Part shown: positions 10,316 to 20,700 of the stretch, piece by piece
Position numbering within the stretch: the stretch's first letter is position 1
How the letters are laid out: each line of letters starts with the position of its first letter
Virus record (IMG/VR): IMGVR_UViG_3300022719_000284
Location: 90,827-154,826 of that record
Source of the DNA: a virus
Lineage: Duplodnaviria > Heunggongvirae > Uroviricota > Caudoviricetes
Strand: one strand, 5' to 3'
Length of the DNA: 64,000 nt
The notes under the pieces: model-generated
What the model saw: only the letters and a program-made list of their open reading frames with translations
Databases searched by the model: none
What the model was told of the DNA's origin: nothing
Made by a program: the position numbers and the translations under genes

Positions 10316-13300
10316 ATGACAGAAAGACTTCCTGGCGTAAACTATCAAGCTCCATTAGCCACTGACGATCTGGAATTCCAGCAAAACAGCAATGGTGAGG
10401 AGATACAAGAGAGAACTCGTCTTATTATGTCGGGGTCCTTTGGTATTGTAGACTCTGCAAATCCAAGAGATGTAGCTACTACAGATCTTAGCCGCCCGTT
10501 AAATGTTCTCCCATCCACCGACCCGTTAAGGGTAGATATTACACCCGGAACTGCTGTTACCGAAAACGGTAACTGGGTTAGTCTGGATAGCAAAATATTC
10601 CTGCTAAGTCTAGCTTCCACTGTCGTCGGGGCAGTAAATGTAGTTTACATAGAATACTTTCTAGAACCAGGGACTGACAGAAGAATAAACAAGTTCAATG
10701 TAGATGTGGCTGTAAGACAGCAAAGGCCAGAAGACAATGACTCTGTAATTGGTGTTTCTACCTTAACCAATTTCCTTGATACATCCCAGTTCCCACCTAG
10801 TCGAAGAAAAGATATAGTTGTTTTAGGGGTTGTTACAGTTAATCAGCTCGCTGATTCTACTTTAGATATCACTATTGACTTGGGTGATAATAACTTTAGC
10901 TTTAATAGGCCGTGGTTCAGCCCAGTTGATATTGAACACAGAAATATGACAGGAACGGCTACTCCAACGGATACGAATCCTCATGGAACTAGCCTTAACG
11001 ATCTAGCCGCTGCGCAACTAACTCTATATCAACAAGAAGTTTCTCATGGTATAGTTCTATCAAAAGATGTAAGTATTCCAAAAGCCCCAGGCATAAAAAT
11101 AATTGAAGTTATTCAAGCTGCTAGTTTTCAAGTAGATGGGGATGGATCTATTACAGGTCGAGATTACTTATATGGTGGCTCCGGAGCCCAATGGGCAAAT
11201 CTACAACACTTTCCAATCAGCCTAGGAAGTGTGTATGAGACAGGAAAGCCAGCTATCCAATTAGCGGCAAGTTTTATCCAAGATGACAATATTATTGTAA
11301 TACCTGAAAATGAACCCATTCCTGATGCTGGTGTTACTATAGAATATTTGTACGTTCAAGCAGGAGAAGCCCCAGTAGACCCAGCTACAAATGACTTAAC
11401 TTTCACACAACCTGCTGAATCTGAGCTAATCATAGCTGATGGAATCGCAGTTTCGGAAATACCTACACCTCTCATATCTTTTGACGGTTCTGGGCCTATA
11501 CCAAGAGATTTTAGAGTTCTTATCGATTCTGACGGTGATCTTATTTCCACTCCTCAAATCTTACTACCTGCTATTAAACTGGATGCTATTGGGTTAAACG
11601 TACCTCAAACAATTACTAGAGGTATGATGGGAGACGCGCCCATAGAAATAGGCATGACTAGAGCTGCTAATGTTTCTGGTATGCAGGTAGAAATATTAAT
11701 TTCTGGAACTGGCACTGATGATCTCCCATTATCTGAGACCCTGACTTTTGAATTTGGAATTTACCAAGACTCAGCTATTCCTGCCTCAGAAGAAGAACAG
11801 GATCAATTTGTTAGATCTTCTAGCTTGTTTAGAACGTTAGAGAGTGTCACGATACTTAATCGTGTTAATGATGGAAATGATTCTACAATTATAGTATATG
11901 CTGATCAAGAAGCTGCCATTACAGATACTTTCAAAGAAAAATGCCCATTAGCCGATGTATTTTGGGACGGATTGGCAGTTGATTTTGTACTAGATGCTAG
12001 ACCTGTTTCTTCGGAGCTTAGATTGCCGAAAACACCGATTTTTAATGGTGTGGGCGGGATGTTTCTCGGGGCACGACCATGGGTGTATGAAGATCTAAGA
12101 GGACCAAGATATATAGATTCCTTCGAGGGTGATGAAAATGCTAACCCAGCAGAAGGATCTATTATCATAAATGATAACTCCCTAATAGCAGACGGGGATA
12201 CAATAGATTTAGGTAGTGGAAAAGTTTTAACTGCTATGGCCCCCGTCCAAGCAACGGGAATATTGTCGGCTCTTAATTTCGGAATAAACATTTCTGTGGG
12301 TTTCAATACATTCACAGTTAACGAGGGGCCCTCAGGAGGTGGTGTAATAAATGTTAACATCTCAAATGGGGTAAAAACGCCTCAACAAATTGCTATACAG
12401 TTAGCTTCAGCGCTAACAGCCTCTTCAGGAGCTGGGTTAACTTATAATGGAAATGCAACTCCAAACAGAGAAATTACAATTTCTGCTACCGGGAATTTCA
12501 ATATAGTGTCCAGCCCTTTGGGTGGGGTAATAGGATTGAACGGTGGCTCGGGAACTAACGCCTATACCGGTTCTTCCAATACAGGATTGGCTGATGGTGA
12601 CCTATTTACTTTAAATGATGGAACAAATGAAGTAACTTTTGAATTCGACACGGGAAGCGGCCTAAATAACGGATCTCATGTACCGATAATACCCGCTGGC
12701 GGCGATTTAGCTCTTTCCGGGGCCGTTCAAACAGCCATGGTTAATGCTATAAACGGGGCACCTATAGACATAACTGCTAGCGCAGGTACAGGAGCCAACG
12801 TAAATCTAGTGAACGATACTCCCGGATCCCAAGGTAACGAACCCATAATTGAATCTATTAGCACAGGGTCAACTTTAAACCCTAACGGGATGTCAAATGG
12901 ATCGGATGGTGGAGCTGATGTATCTATAGGGGAGTTCAATCTTGGCTTAAGTGCTGATGCAGATACAACAGTTGACAACATTATTGCAACCCTAGCCGAC
13001 CCTACATTCGATTCTGGGATAGCAGGAACATCAACTGAGATAAATAGTTTACCTGCTGTTCAATTGGTTAAAAACGATCCCGGTTTAAGCAATGATCAGA
13101 TAATAGGTACATTTTTCAATTCTCCTGATCCTGTCACATTGGATGGTTTTTCAAAAGGTACCAACAGATACAGAGGTGTGTCTCCTGATTCCTTTGCTGA
13201 GGGTCTTAGAACTAGAATACCAGAAATCGGTACAGATTTGGACAGCATAAGAAAGAAGTATAGATCTAGAGCTGTGGCTAAGCCAATAAGTTTTGTAGAT

Positions 13301-13885
13301 CCTGTGCAAAAGGCATCTGTCATTCTTCATAATCCCGGTAACGTTAGTGCTTTTTCAGTGCGTGTACGTGCTGCTTTTGAATCTAACCCAGGAAATTGGC
13401 AAGGCTATGATTTCATGCCTCTGATAGAAGCTAACCCTAGCTTCATTAGGTTTGAAAAAGATTTCGGATCAAATGTGCAAAAAGTTCAACTTGAAATGTT
13501 TGGAAAGTTTTCGGATTTTGCACTTATAGATGTAACTGATGTTGGGGTTGTAGGGATAGGTCCTACTGGACCTACTGGTCCTATAGCCCCCGCTGGGGCT
13601 ACTGGTCCTGCTGGGGCTACTGGTCCTGCTGGAACCGACGGCACGGAAGGAGCTACTGGCGCAACCGGCCCTTCCGCCGATATCTTCGAGAGTGCTATTA
13701 TTTCGTCTCAATCTACATGGACTGTTAACCACAACCTCAATACAGATGCAGTTGTTTGGGCTATATATGATAACAACAATAATGCTATCATACCTTCTAA
13801 TGTCGAAATATTGAGTGCAAACACCATAGAAATTACATGGGCTACACCCACTACAGGCAAAGTGGTAGTAGTAGGAGTTAGCTAA
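10316..13885 (+). CDS. large structural/fibre protein (1189 aa) with a short collagen-like Gly-X-Y segment near the C-terminus
   Basis: 'GGACAGAATT ATG' RBS context. '[38 protein letters not shown]' at about 13553..13672, followed by a beta-rich C-terminal domain. Confidence 0.6.
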   Translation: MTERLPGVNYQAPLATDDLEFQQNSNGEEIQERTRLIMSGSFGIVDSANPRDVATTDLSRPLNVLPSTDPLRVDITPGTAVTENGNWVSLDSKIFLLSLASTVVGAVNVVYIEYFLEPGTDRRINKFNVDVAVRQQRPEDNDSVIGVSTLTNFLDTSQFPPSRRKDIVVLGVVTVNQLADSTLDITIDLGDNNFSFNRPWFSPVDIEHRNMTGTATPTDTNPHGTSLNDLAAAQLTLYQQEVSHGIVLSKDVSIPKAPGIKIIEVIQAASFQVDGDGSITGRDYLYGGSGAQWANLQHFPISLGSVYETGKPAIQLAASFIQDDNIIVIPENEPIPDAGVTIEYLYVQAGEAPVDPATNDLTFTQPAESELIIADGIAVSEIPTPLISFDGSGPIPRDFRVLIDSDGDLISTPQILLPAIKLDAIGLNVPQTITRGMMGDAPIEIGMTRAANVSGMQVEILISGTGTDDLPLSETLTFEFGIYQDSAIPASEEEQDQFVRSSSLFRTLESVTILNRVNDGNDSTIIVYADQEAAITDTFKEKCPLADVFWDGLAVDFVLDARPVSSELRLPKTPIFNGVGGMFLGARPWVYEDLRGPRYIDSFEGDENANPAEGSIIINDNSLIADGDTIDLGSGKVLTAMAPVQATGILSALNFGINISVGFNTFTVNEGPSGGGVINVNISNGVKTPQQIAIQLASALTASSGAGLTYNGNATPNREITISATGNFNIVSSPLGGVIGLNGGSGTNAYTGSSNTGLADGDLFTLNDGTNEVTFEFDTGSGLNNGSHVPIIPAGGDLALSGAVQTAMVNAINGAPIDITASAGTGANVNLVNDTPGSQGNEPIIESISTGSTLNPNGMSNGSDGGADVSIGEFNLGLSADADTTVDNIIATLADPTFDSGIAGTSTEINSLPAVQLVKNDPGLSNDQIIGTFFNSPDPVTLDGFSKGTNRYRGVSPDSFAEGLRTRIPEIGTDLDSIRKKYRSRAVAKPISFVDPVQKASVILHNPGNVSAFSVRVRAAFESNPGNWQGYDFMPLIEANPSFIRFEKDFGSNVQKVQLEMFGKFSDFALIDVTDVGVVGIGPTGPTGPIAPAGATGPAGATGPAGTDGTEGATGATGPSADIFESAIISSQSTWTVNHNLNTDAVVWAIYDNNNNAIIPSNVEILSANTIEITWATPTTGKVVVVGVS

Positions 13886-14511
13886 TGAGACACGATAATC
13901 CTGAGTTTCAAATAGGCCCTGGTGCTGCACCGGGATTTCCACTAAGGGGGAGGGTTCTTCTACAAGAAGAAATCGTTTTATCGGCACAGGGAGATGTTGT
14001 TCTGGACCTTATAGAGAACGTTCCGGGATCTGACCCAATTCGGCAATTCAAGAGATATGTAGTTGAAATAGAGGATTGGGCACCAACAAACGATCAAGTA
14101 GCCCCGGCTTATCAACTAGGTATTAATGGTGCGATACGGGCAGGTTCTAGCGATTATCAATATAACGTAAGTGTTTTTCCCTCTAATACTGGTATTAGCA
14201 ATGATTTTGCCGATATTGATGAACATATACGTATGACTAGGGATGATGGTACAGTGACAGCGGGAAATGAGGCTGATGAAGCTTTCGATTTCACAGTAAC
14301 TTTGATTCCTGGCGAGGACGCTAATACTCTCCCTAAGTCATGGTTTCAGGGAGCTGGCATAAACGACAGCAACAGGTTAATGGGAGTTTGGGGAGCTGGA
14401 GCCTATAGGGGCGTAACTGCTCTAGAATATGGAAGAGCCGATCAAATTAGGTTTTTCTTCGAATCCAACACAATTGCAAGAGGAATTTTCCGACTATACG
14501 GAACGGAGTAG
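13885..14511 (+). CDS. hypothetical structural protein (208 aa)
   Basis: TAATGA start/stop overlap with the previous gene; part of the same operon. Confidence 0.45.
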   Translation: MRHDNPEFQIGPGAAPGFPLRGRVLLQEEIVLSAQGDVVLDLIENVPGSDPIRQFKRYVVEIEDWAPTNDQVAPAYQLGINGAIRAGSSDYQYNVSVFPSNTGISNDFADIDEHIRMTRDDGTVTAGNEADEAFDFTVTLIPGEDANTLPKSWFQGAGINDSNRLMGVWGAGAYRGVTALEYGRADQIRFFFESNTIARGIFRLYGTE

Positions 14512-14515
14512 CATT

Positions 14516-15439
14516 ATGGCACAAAACAGATTTATCAATTTCGGAGATACAGTTTTAGCTAGACGAATAAACGAAATCTCTACTGCCATTGTCTCAAAGG
14601 GAGTTTTGGAGGGTGGTTCGTTTTCTGTAGGACTAACTAGTAATACTTTGAGAGTTGGGCCCAACAAAGCAATGTTAGATGAATTACTATTAGTTGAAAA
14701 TGGAAATACAGATCTAATGTTGGGGTTTGGAACTCCACCAACCTTGCCACAAGACTCTACGGACTGGACAATTGTTTACGAACATATAAACCAAAATGTT
14801 CAAGGAGGGGTTCCAGCTACAATGTTGGCACTGGAGGGACTATTTGGTTTTGAGGATCTCGAAAACACAACTGTTTTAGGGTGGGTACGTTATCCGGGTG
14901 GAGGAGTTCCATTAAACCCCACAATGTTTGTTGAAGCCCCTAAACTTCAATTAAGCAACCCTACTGAATTCTCATCTAATGTAAAAGTTCCTCCTTTTGT
15001 TCCTAACATATACATTCAATCAGAATCTCCATCCGTAGGCGCTATTAGCGCGTCAGATGAATACGATGTTGTAAATTTGAAAGCATTTATGGAATTAGAG
15101 AATACTGCTGCTGCTATTAATACAATTCAACACTATGTTCCATTTGTAGCTGGAGTTAGGGCCCCTAATAGAATACTACTGGAAGCTAGTGTGGATTTGG
15201 GGGCGTCAGTTAAAGCTGCTTTGGTTTCTGAAGATGGAACTGTATTTCCTGCTGAAAACGATACTATTACTAATACCTCTAATGTCTTTGTTTCTAGAGA
15301 AATGACAATTGTTAATGTTGATGTTACTAAGTTTCAACAAAACAGACCTTATTTTGTGTCAATAACAACCCAACTTAACCCAGGAAAAAGAGCATTCCTA
15401 TCTATTGTAGGAACCTCTTCTAATTTCCTACCATTTTAG
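14516..15439 (+). CDS. hypothetical structural protein (about 308 aa; the ORF track starts earlier, at 14429)
   Basis: In-frame ATG at 14516 directly follows the upstream stop ('tagcattATGgca'). The longer 14429 start would overlap the upstream gene by 83 nt. Confidence 0.45.
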   Translation: MAQNRFINFGDTVLARRINEISTAIVSKGVLEGGSFSVGLTSNTLRVGPNKAMLDELLLVENGNTDLMLGFGTPPTLPQDSTDWTIVYEHINQNVQGGVPATMLALEGLFGFEDLENTTVLGWVRYPGGGVPLNPTMFVEAPKLQLSNPTEFSSNVKVPPFVPNIYIQSESPSVGAISASDEYDVVNLKAFMELENTAAAINTIQHYVPFVAGVRAPNRILLEASVDLGASVKAALVSEDGTVFPAENDTITNTSNVFVSREMTIVNVDVTKFQQNRPYFVSITTQLNPGKRAFLSIVGTSSNFLPF

Positions 15440-15445
15440 TGAGAT

Positions 15446-15886
15446 ATGTCAACAATTACCGGATTACGAACAGTAGTAAAATTTTTTAACAACGTTCAAC
15501 ACCCAAGCGGTGGGACAATTGGTGGAAAGCCAAAAATACACAACCATCTAATAACTCGTACCTTAGGCAAATTGGGGGTCATAGATTCCAAGTGGGATCC
15601 CGAAGGTGGGCCAACCCCAGAGGATGGAGAATTTTGGCTTGTAGAAATACTCAAGGAAACTAGCCCAGCTAAGGCTCAAGGTGTTTTTATACTTAGCCCA
15701 ATTAGGCCAGTAGAGACAAATGAGGTTCAGCGTCTCGCGCCTGGAATGTATGACGAAGAAGATAAAGAAGGAACAGTCATAATAACTCCCAGACTGAGAG
15801 AAGATTTTTATTGGATGCTCCCACTTTCTCTTAGGAAGGCTATGAATAACGCCAACGCTGTTGTTGTCAAGTATTTATGGGACTGA
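15446..15886 (+). CDS. hypothetical protein (146 aa)
   Basis: ORF 6 nt after the previous stop; no motif recognised. Confidence 0.4.
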   Translation: MSTITGLRTVVKFFNNVQHPSGGTIGGKPKIHNHLITRTLGKLGVIDSKWDPEGGPTPEDGEFWLVEILKETSPAKAQGVFILSPIRPVETNEVQRLAPGMYDEEDKEGTVIITPRLREDFYWMLPLSLRKAMNNANAVVVKYLWD

Positions 15887-15926
15887 TTACTGTAATTTAA
15901 TACCTCACCTACCCTAAAGAGTATTC

Positions 15927-18900
15927 ATGGAATCTGGGGTATTATCCTTCGACTGTAAGCAATCTCAATGCCCGGCCTACGATAGATGTGATTTGGTACC
16001 TACCCAAGTCAGGGTCATCAAAGGTACCGAACGCCCAGATGAAGTCATACTTTTCATCGGAGACTCGGTAGGAAAACACGAGTCTGCAAATAGTTTACCG
16101 TTTCAGGGCCGAGGCGGAGATCTACTTCGCAAAACCATACGTAAACTAAACGTTAGAAAACTGACTATAGCTTACACCTCCATCACTCGCTATTGGCCAA
16201 GAAATGAAAATGGCGAAAGGTGTGAACCAGATCCCGAAGCTGTATCTTCCTGCATGACACACTTGCTGCGTGATGTAGAGCATCTTAAACCTAGCAAAAT
16301 AGTAGCTCTAGGTTCCAAAGCACTCAAGATTCTGTTTCCCGACGCCCCAGGAATCTTGAAATCACGAGGCAAACATTTCGACCACCCGCAATTAGGTCAG
16401 ATCTTTGTAACTTACGATCCTGGGTTAATGCTTAAAAAGCAAAATCTCTTCTATCAGTGGGAAGCAGATTTGCAATTAATGCTCAGTAGCGACAAACTAG
16501 TATCAAAGAGTAATAAATGGTCAAAACCATACGAATGGAGACTTCTTTCTTCTGTAGATGAAATAGAAGAATATGTGGAAGAGCTTATCAACAACAAAAA
16601 ACTAAAGATAATTGCTCTAGACACAGAGACAAAAAACCTTAACGCAAGATATGACAATACACTAGGAACTCTTCAATTCTCTGAGGACGGTAAAAGGGGC
16701 ACAGTTATACCCTACCACCACCCCAAAGCGGGATGGTGGCCAGATGAGCTTAAAAGAATAGACAATGCACTGATAAAGCTTTTCACCACACCTAACCCGC
16801 CGTGGAAGTATTGGGTATTCCATAACGCTGGGTTCGATTATAGAATGATATTCAATTTTGCCTTAGGGGTCACAAATTTCAATCGACCACTAATGGACAC
16901 TGGCATGATGGCATATAGCCAGGACGAGAACAGAGGCAAGTCGGGTATAGATAAGCCCTACAGTTTAGATTCTTTGCTTAGAGACTATCTGAAAGTTGAA
17001 AAGTATGAAGACAAAGAAATTGAGCAACTAAAGAAGCAAGGAAAGTTACTAGAAATTGAAATTGATCGACTAGCTAAATACGGTGCTAGTGATTCTGTGT
17101 ACACATTTCGTCTTTTCTTCTATATTCTTGAACGAGCTAAAAGAGAGGGATATAAAGACAAGCTTCTGAAATTGTGTAAACATTGGTTTGAGCCAGTAAG
17201 TAGAATGAATTCCATTATGCAATCCAATGGGTTCTGGGTAGATGAGCACCAACTTAGGGTTCTAGGAAATAATAAAACCTCTCCCATAGTAAAGAGAATG
17301 GAAGAGATAGAAAAAGGTTGGAGAAGTAACGCTAATGCTATTGAAGCCAATAAACGCTTAGTTGAATCGAGTCTAGGTGGTAAGATGGCTTCAGCATTTG
17401 GGGGAGGAAAAGGCTCCTGGGAATTCAGCATAGACAAAATGGAGCATAAGAGGTGCTTGTTTTTTGATGTTATGAATCTAGAGCCTCTGGATTACGGAAA
17501 GGGCACCAGAATTCCTTTGGTAGAGGCCCCGGAAGGAAAAGAGGTAGCACCCACACCCGTAGGTAAATTGGATAGGGCTTTTCAAGATAGATATAGTGAT
17601 CTAGAGGAAGTAGCTTTGTATCATGAGTGGCAGGGATTAAAGAAGCTAAAAACTTCATATGTCACTAGCATTGAATCATTCCTAGACCCAAGAAACGGAA
17701 AAGAAGGTGCCAAGGATAGTCGCGTGCGTCCTACTTTCTGGGTAACTACAACCGACACCGGAAGATCTTCCTGCACCAACCCCAACCTACAACAGGTCCC
17801 TAGAGCAGATAACTGGGCTAAAAAAGAAATCAAAAACATGTTCGCTGCGGAGCCTGGGTGTGCTTTGATTCAGCTAGACTTCATGACATCAGAGGTGCGT
17901 TGGTGGGGAATTCTTGCTCAGTGTCCAGCCCTAGCAAAGGCGTTTGAGAACGGAAAAATAGCTAGGGAGGATTACAAGACCCAAAGTGAGAATTACTCAA
18001 GAAAGCACCCTAAGCTGAGGTATGAGGTAGTTATGGCTGCTGAGAAGATGATTACAGATAAGTTTGAGATGAAGAAAAACAGTGAATTAAACGAACTTAA
18101 AGGAAAATTCCCTACAAAGGCACTAAAACTAGCTTACCGTTTAATGAAAAATGATATTGAGTTTTTTAATTTGATCAAGACCAAAGTCTGGTCCAGTGTT
18201 GCTGGAGACCTCCATAAAAACACCGCTAGTCAGATGTATAGTGTACCTCTGCTAGAAGTTAACAAATCCATGCGTAACGATACAAAAGCTATTGTATTTG
18301 GTACTATGTTTGGTCGAGGACCTAAAGCTATTGCGCAACAGCTAAAAATTGCAGACATAAACGATGTACAACAAAAAATTAGAAACTTCTTTGACCAGTT
18401 TCCAGACGCGGAAGCTTGGATGTACGATTCTGAGAAATTTGGAGAACGAAATGCTTATGTGGAGAGCCCCATAGGTCGTCGTAGACGTTTGTTAACTTTT
18501 CAGATGGGGTTTGGAGACGAAGGAGAGATTGCTAGAGCCAAAAGGATCGCAAGAAATTCTCCCATCCAGGGTATATCCTCGGATGGCGCCTTCTTAGGTG
18601 CGTCCATGTTCTCAGAGTGGCTGATCGAGGAAGGTAAATGGCATGTCCACCCGGACAAAAAATGTTGGCTCCTTCAAGATGTGGTTCACGACTCCTTGGT
18701 ACTTCAGGTTCCGATTGAAGATGTGCCGGAAGCGCTACAGGCAGTCGAACCCTTTTTTTCCACCAAGCTCATGGAGCGAATGGAAAATGTATGGGACATA
18801 AATTTTAACATAGAACTCGAAGTTGATTTCGAAATAGGTCTTAAATGGGGAGATCTGGTGAGCTGGGACGGAACCAATCTACACTTAGATTACCTTATGA

Positions 18901-18947
18901 ATCAGTTACGTAAGCAAGAATCAGAAAGACAAAATAAGGCAGCTTAA
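15927..18947 (+). CDS. polA: family-A DNA polymerase with an N-terminal UDG-family-4-like domain and a 3'-5' exonuclease domain (1006 aa)
   Basis: N-terminus 'CPAYDRC...ILFIGDSVGKHE...GRGGDLL' is family-4 UDG-like. 'IALDTET' is the Exo I motif. 'LIQLDFMTSEVRW' is Pol I motif A. 'KAIVFGTMFGRG' is motif B. 'VHDSLVLQV' is motif C. Confidence 0.85.
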   Translation: MESGVLSFDCKQSQCPAYDRCDLVPTQVRVIKGTERPDEVILFIGDSVGKHESANSLPFQGRGGDLLRKTIRKLNVRKLTIAYTSITRYWPRNENGERCEPDPEAVSSCMTHLLRDVEHLKPSKIVALGSKALKILFPDAPGILKSRGKHFDHPQLGQIFVTYDPGLMLKKQNLFYQWEADLQLMLSSDKLVSKSNKWSKPYEWRLLSSVDEIEEYVEELINNKKLKIIALDTETKNLNARYDNTLGTLQFSEDGKRGTVIPYHHPKAGWWPDELKRIDNALIKLFTTPNPPWKYWVFHNAGFDYRMIFNFALGVTNFNRPLMDTGMMAYSQDENRGKSGIDKPYSLDSLLRDYLKVEKYEDKEIEQLKKQGKLLEIEIDRLAKYGASDSVYTFRLFFYILERAKREGYKDKLLKLCKHWFEPVSRMNSIMQSNGFWVDEHQLRVLGNNKTSPIVKRMEEIEKGWRSNANAIEANKRLVESSLGGKMASAFGGGKGSWEFSIDKMEHKRCLFFDVMNLEPLDYGKGTRIPLVEAPEGKEVAPTPVGKLDRAFQDRYSDLEEVALYHEWQGLKKLKTSYVTSIESFLDPRNGKEGAKDSRVRPTFWVTTTDTGRSSCTNPNLQQVPRADNWAKKEIKNMFAAEPGCALIQLDFMTSEVRWWGILAQCPALAKAFENGKIAREDYKTQSENYSRKHPKLRYEVVMAAEKMITDKFEMKKNSELNELKGKFPTKALKLAYRLMKNDIEFFNLIKTKVWSSVAGDLHKNTASQMYSVPLLEVNKSMRNDTKAIVFGTMFGRGPKAIAQQLKIADINDVQQKIRNFFDQFPDAEAWMYDSEKFGERNAYVESPIGRRRRLLTFQMGFGDEGEIARAKRIARNSPIQGISSDGAFLGASMFSEWLIEEGKWHVHPDKKCWLLQDVVHDSLVLQVPIEDVPEALQAVEPFFSTKLMERMENVWDINFNIELEVDFEIGLKWGDLVSWDGTNLHLDYLMNQLRKQESERQNKAA

Positions 18948-19110
18948 TGAGATTGTTCTGGTGGATAATCGGAACCATAGGAACCGTTTTCCACGGTACT
19001 TTCTTCCTATTTTGTATTTTTGAAGGTATGTGGAAAGAATCCTTCCCCTTCGGCCTCTTTTTAGCTTGTTGTGTGTTCACACTCTGGAAGTATAGACTAA
19101 AGGGGACATC

Positions 19111-19602
19111 ATGAGCAGATTCGTATATCTAGTAGGACCTATCACTGGGACCAGTTGGGTGGAAACTACTAACTGGAGAGAATATGCCAGAGATAGATTC
19201 AATCCAGGGATTGTAGGTCTTTCCCCCCTACGTGGGAAAGATTACCTTCAGCATGAAACATCCCTTGCTGACTCCTATAAACAGCATGTTCTCAGCACCA
19301 CCAGGGGCATTATGGTACGAGACGAATTCGACTGCCGCAATGCGGATGTGATTCTCGCCAATTTTTTGGGTGCAACAAGGGTTTCCATCGGATCTGTCAT
19401 GGAAATCGCCTGGGCCTACATGTCCAAAAAACCAATCATTACTGTGATGGAGGCTGGAGGAGAAGACTTCACTGGTAAGAAGCTCTCTACCGGAAACTGT
19501 CACGAACACGCTATGCTGAACGAAGCTACTTCCTACAAAGTAGATACCCTAGACGCGGGAATTTTTGTAGTAAACTCAATACTGACTGGATATACCGAAT
19601 GA
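19111..19602 (+). CDS. nucleoside 2-deoxyribosyltransferase-like protein (163 aa)
   Basis: 'VYLVGPI' N-terminal motif and 'NADVILANF...GSVMEIAWAYMSKKPIITV' (catalytic-Glu region) resemble the Nuc_deoxyrib_tr family. 'aaagggga' RBS upstream; 4-nt overlap with ThyX. Confidence 0.45.
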   Translation: MSRFVYLVGPITGTSWVETTNWREYARDRFNPGIVGLSPLRGKDYLQHETSLADSYKQHVLSTTRGIMVRDEFDCRNADVILANFLGATRVSIGSVMEIAWAYMSKKPIITVMEAGGEDFTGKKLSTGNCHEHAMLNEATSYKVDTLDAGIFVVNSILTGYTE

Positions 19603-20519
19603 GCAATCGCAAGGCCGAAAATGTAGAAGTTGGTGAGGAACTCCGATGGAAGAACTTCCCGGTAGGGTCCGGGGGATCTATTTGTCTAGTGGATTGGATG
19701 GGAGAAGACTATTCCATTGTAGAGGCTGCCAGAGTATCCTATGGTGAAGGAACCAGACATGTGTCTGATGATCGCACTTTGATTAGATATCTTATGAGGC
19801 ATTCTCACAGCACCCCACTAGAAATGGCAGAGCTAAAGTTTCGTATCCGGGTTCCGATGGATGTATGGAGACAGTGGATAAGACATAGAACAGCCTCGGT
19901 AAACGAGTATTCGACGCGATATTCTGTAGCTATTGATGAATGTGTAACTACTTTGCCTGGAGAATGGAGATTACAGGCTAAGCACAATAAACAAGGCTCA
20001 GACGGGTACCTACCTATCACAGAAGGGGGAGAAATGCTTTCCTCCCGTGAGGCAGATTTTCACAAACAGGCCCGTGAGCTTTATGATGAAAGATTGGAAT
20101 ATGGTGTAGCTCGCGAACAAGCTAGAAAGGATCTTCCCCTCTCCAATTACACAGAGGCATTTTGGAAAATCGATCTACACAATCTTTTTCATTTTTTGAG
20201 ACTTCGAATGGATTCCCACTCTCAAAAAGAAATTAGAGATTTTGCCACTATTATCGGAGAAGAAATTGTCTCTAAGTTGTTTCCGGTATCCTGGGAAGCT
20301 TTTGTAGATTATAAACTTGAATCCTTGAATCTTACTAGATTAGATATTGAAGTAATTCGAAAAATAATGGTCTTATCGAATACGAATCGTACAGATACTT
20401 TGGAAGATCACTTCAATAACTCTCAACCTGAAGAATGGGCAAATCTAACGAGATGTCGTGAACGAGACGAGTGCAGAAATAAACTAAAAATTCTCGGGGT
20501 ATTGACTAATGGCGAGTAA
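19599..20519 (+). CDS. thyX: flavin-dependent thymidylate synthase ThyX (306 aa)
   Basis: ThyX signature 'RHRTASVNEYSTRYS' (RHRxxxxxxxSxRY) and overall ThyX-like length and composition. Confidence 0.85.
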   Translation: MSNRKAENVEVGEELRWKNFPVGSGGSICLVDWMGEDYSIVEAARVSYGEGTRHVSDDRTLIRYLMRHSHSTPLEMAELKFRIRVPMDVWRQWIRHRTASVNEYSTRYSVAIDECVTTLPGEWRLQAKHNKQGSDGYLPITEGGEMLSSREADFHKQARELYDERLEYGVAREQARKDLPLSNYTEAFWKIDLHNLFHFLRLRMDSHSQKEIRDFATIIGEEIVSKLFPVSWEAFVDYKLESLNLTRLDIEVIRKIMVLSNTNRTDTLEDHFNNSQPEEWANLTRCRERDECRNKLKILGVLTNGE

Positions 20520-20700
20520 ATTGGTAAAGTACGAAGCAAAGGATGGGTTTCGTTGGAGATTTGTAGCCTCCAATGGAAAAATCATAGCAGAAGGCGGAGA
20601 AGCGTATTCCAGCAAGTTCTCTCTAAACAGAGCTGTAAAAACAGTTGTTTCTGAACTTTCCGGGGACTTCTTGGAAGAAGAAAAGTACGATGTCTCCTAG
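20509..20700 (+). CDS. DUF1508/YegP-like small protein (63 aa)
   Basis: 'KYEAKDGFRWRFVASNGKIIAEGGEAYSSKFSLNRAVKTV' matches the DUF1508 repeat consensus. Confidence 0.55.
   Translation: MASKLVKYEAKDGFRWRFVASNGKIIAEGGEAYSSKFSLNRAVKTVVSELSGDFLEEEKYDVS

Noticed and set aside
14429-14515. Longer start (14429) for the 14.5-kb structural gene given by the ORF track
   Set aside because: It would overlap the upstream gene by 83 nt. The in-frame ATG at 14516, immediately after the upstream stop, is the more parsimonious start.
18895-19080. 61-aa minus-strand ORF in the gap after the polymerase gene
   Set aside because: Overlaps the polymerase 3' end and the T-rich terminator-like sequence ('cctctttttagc'). 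It is isolated on the wrong strand for the local operon.
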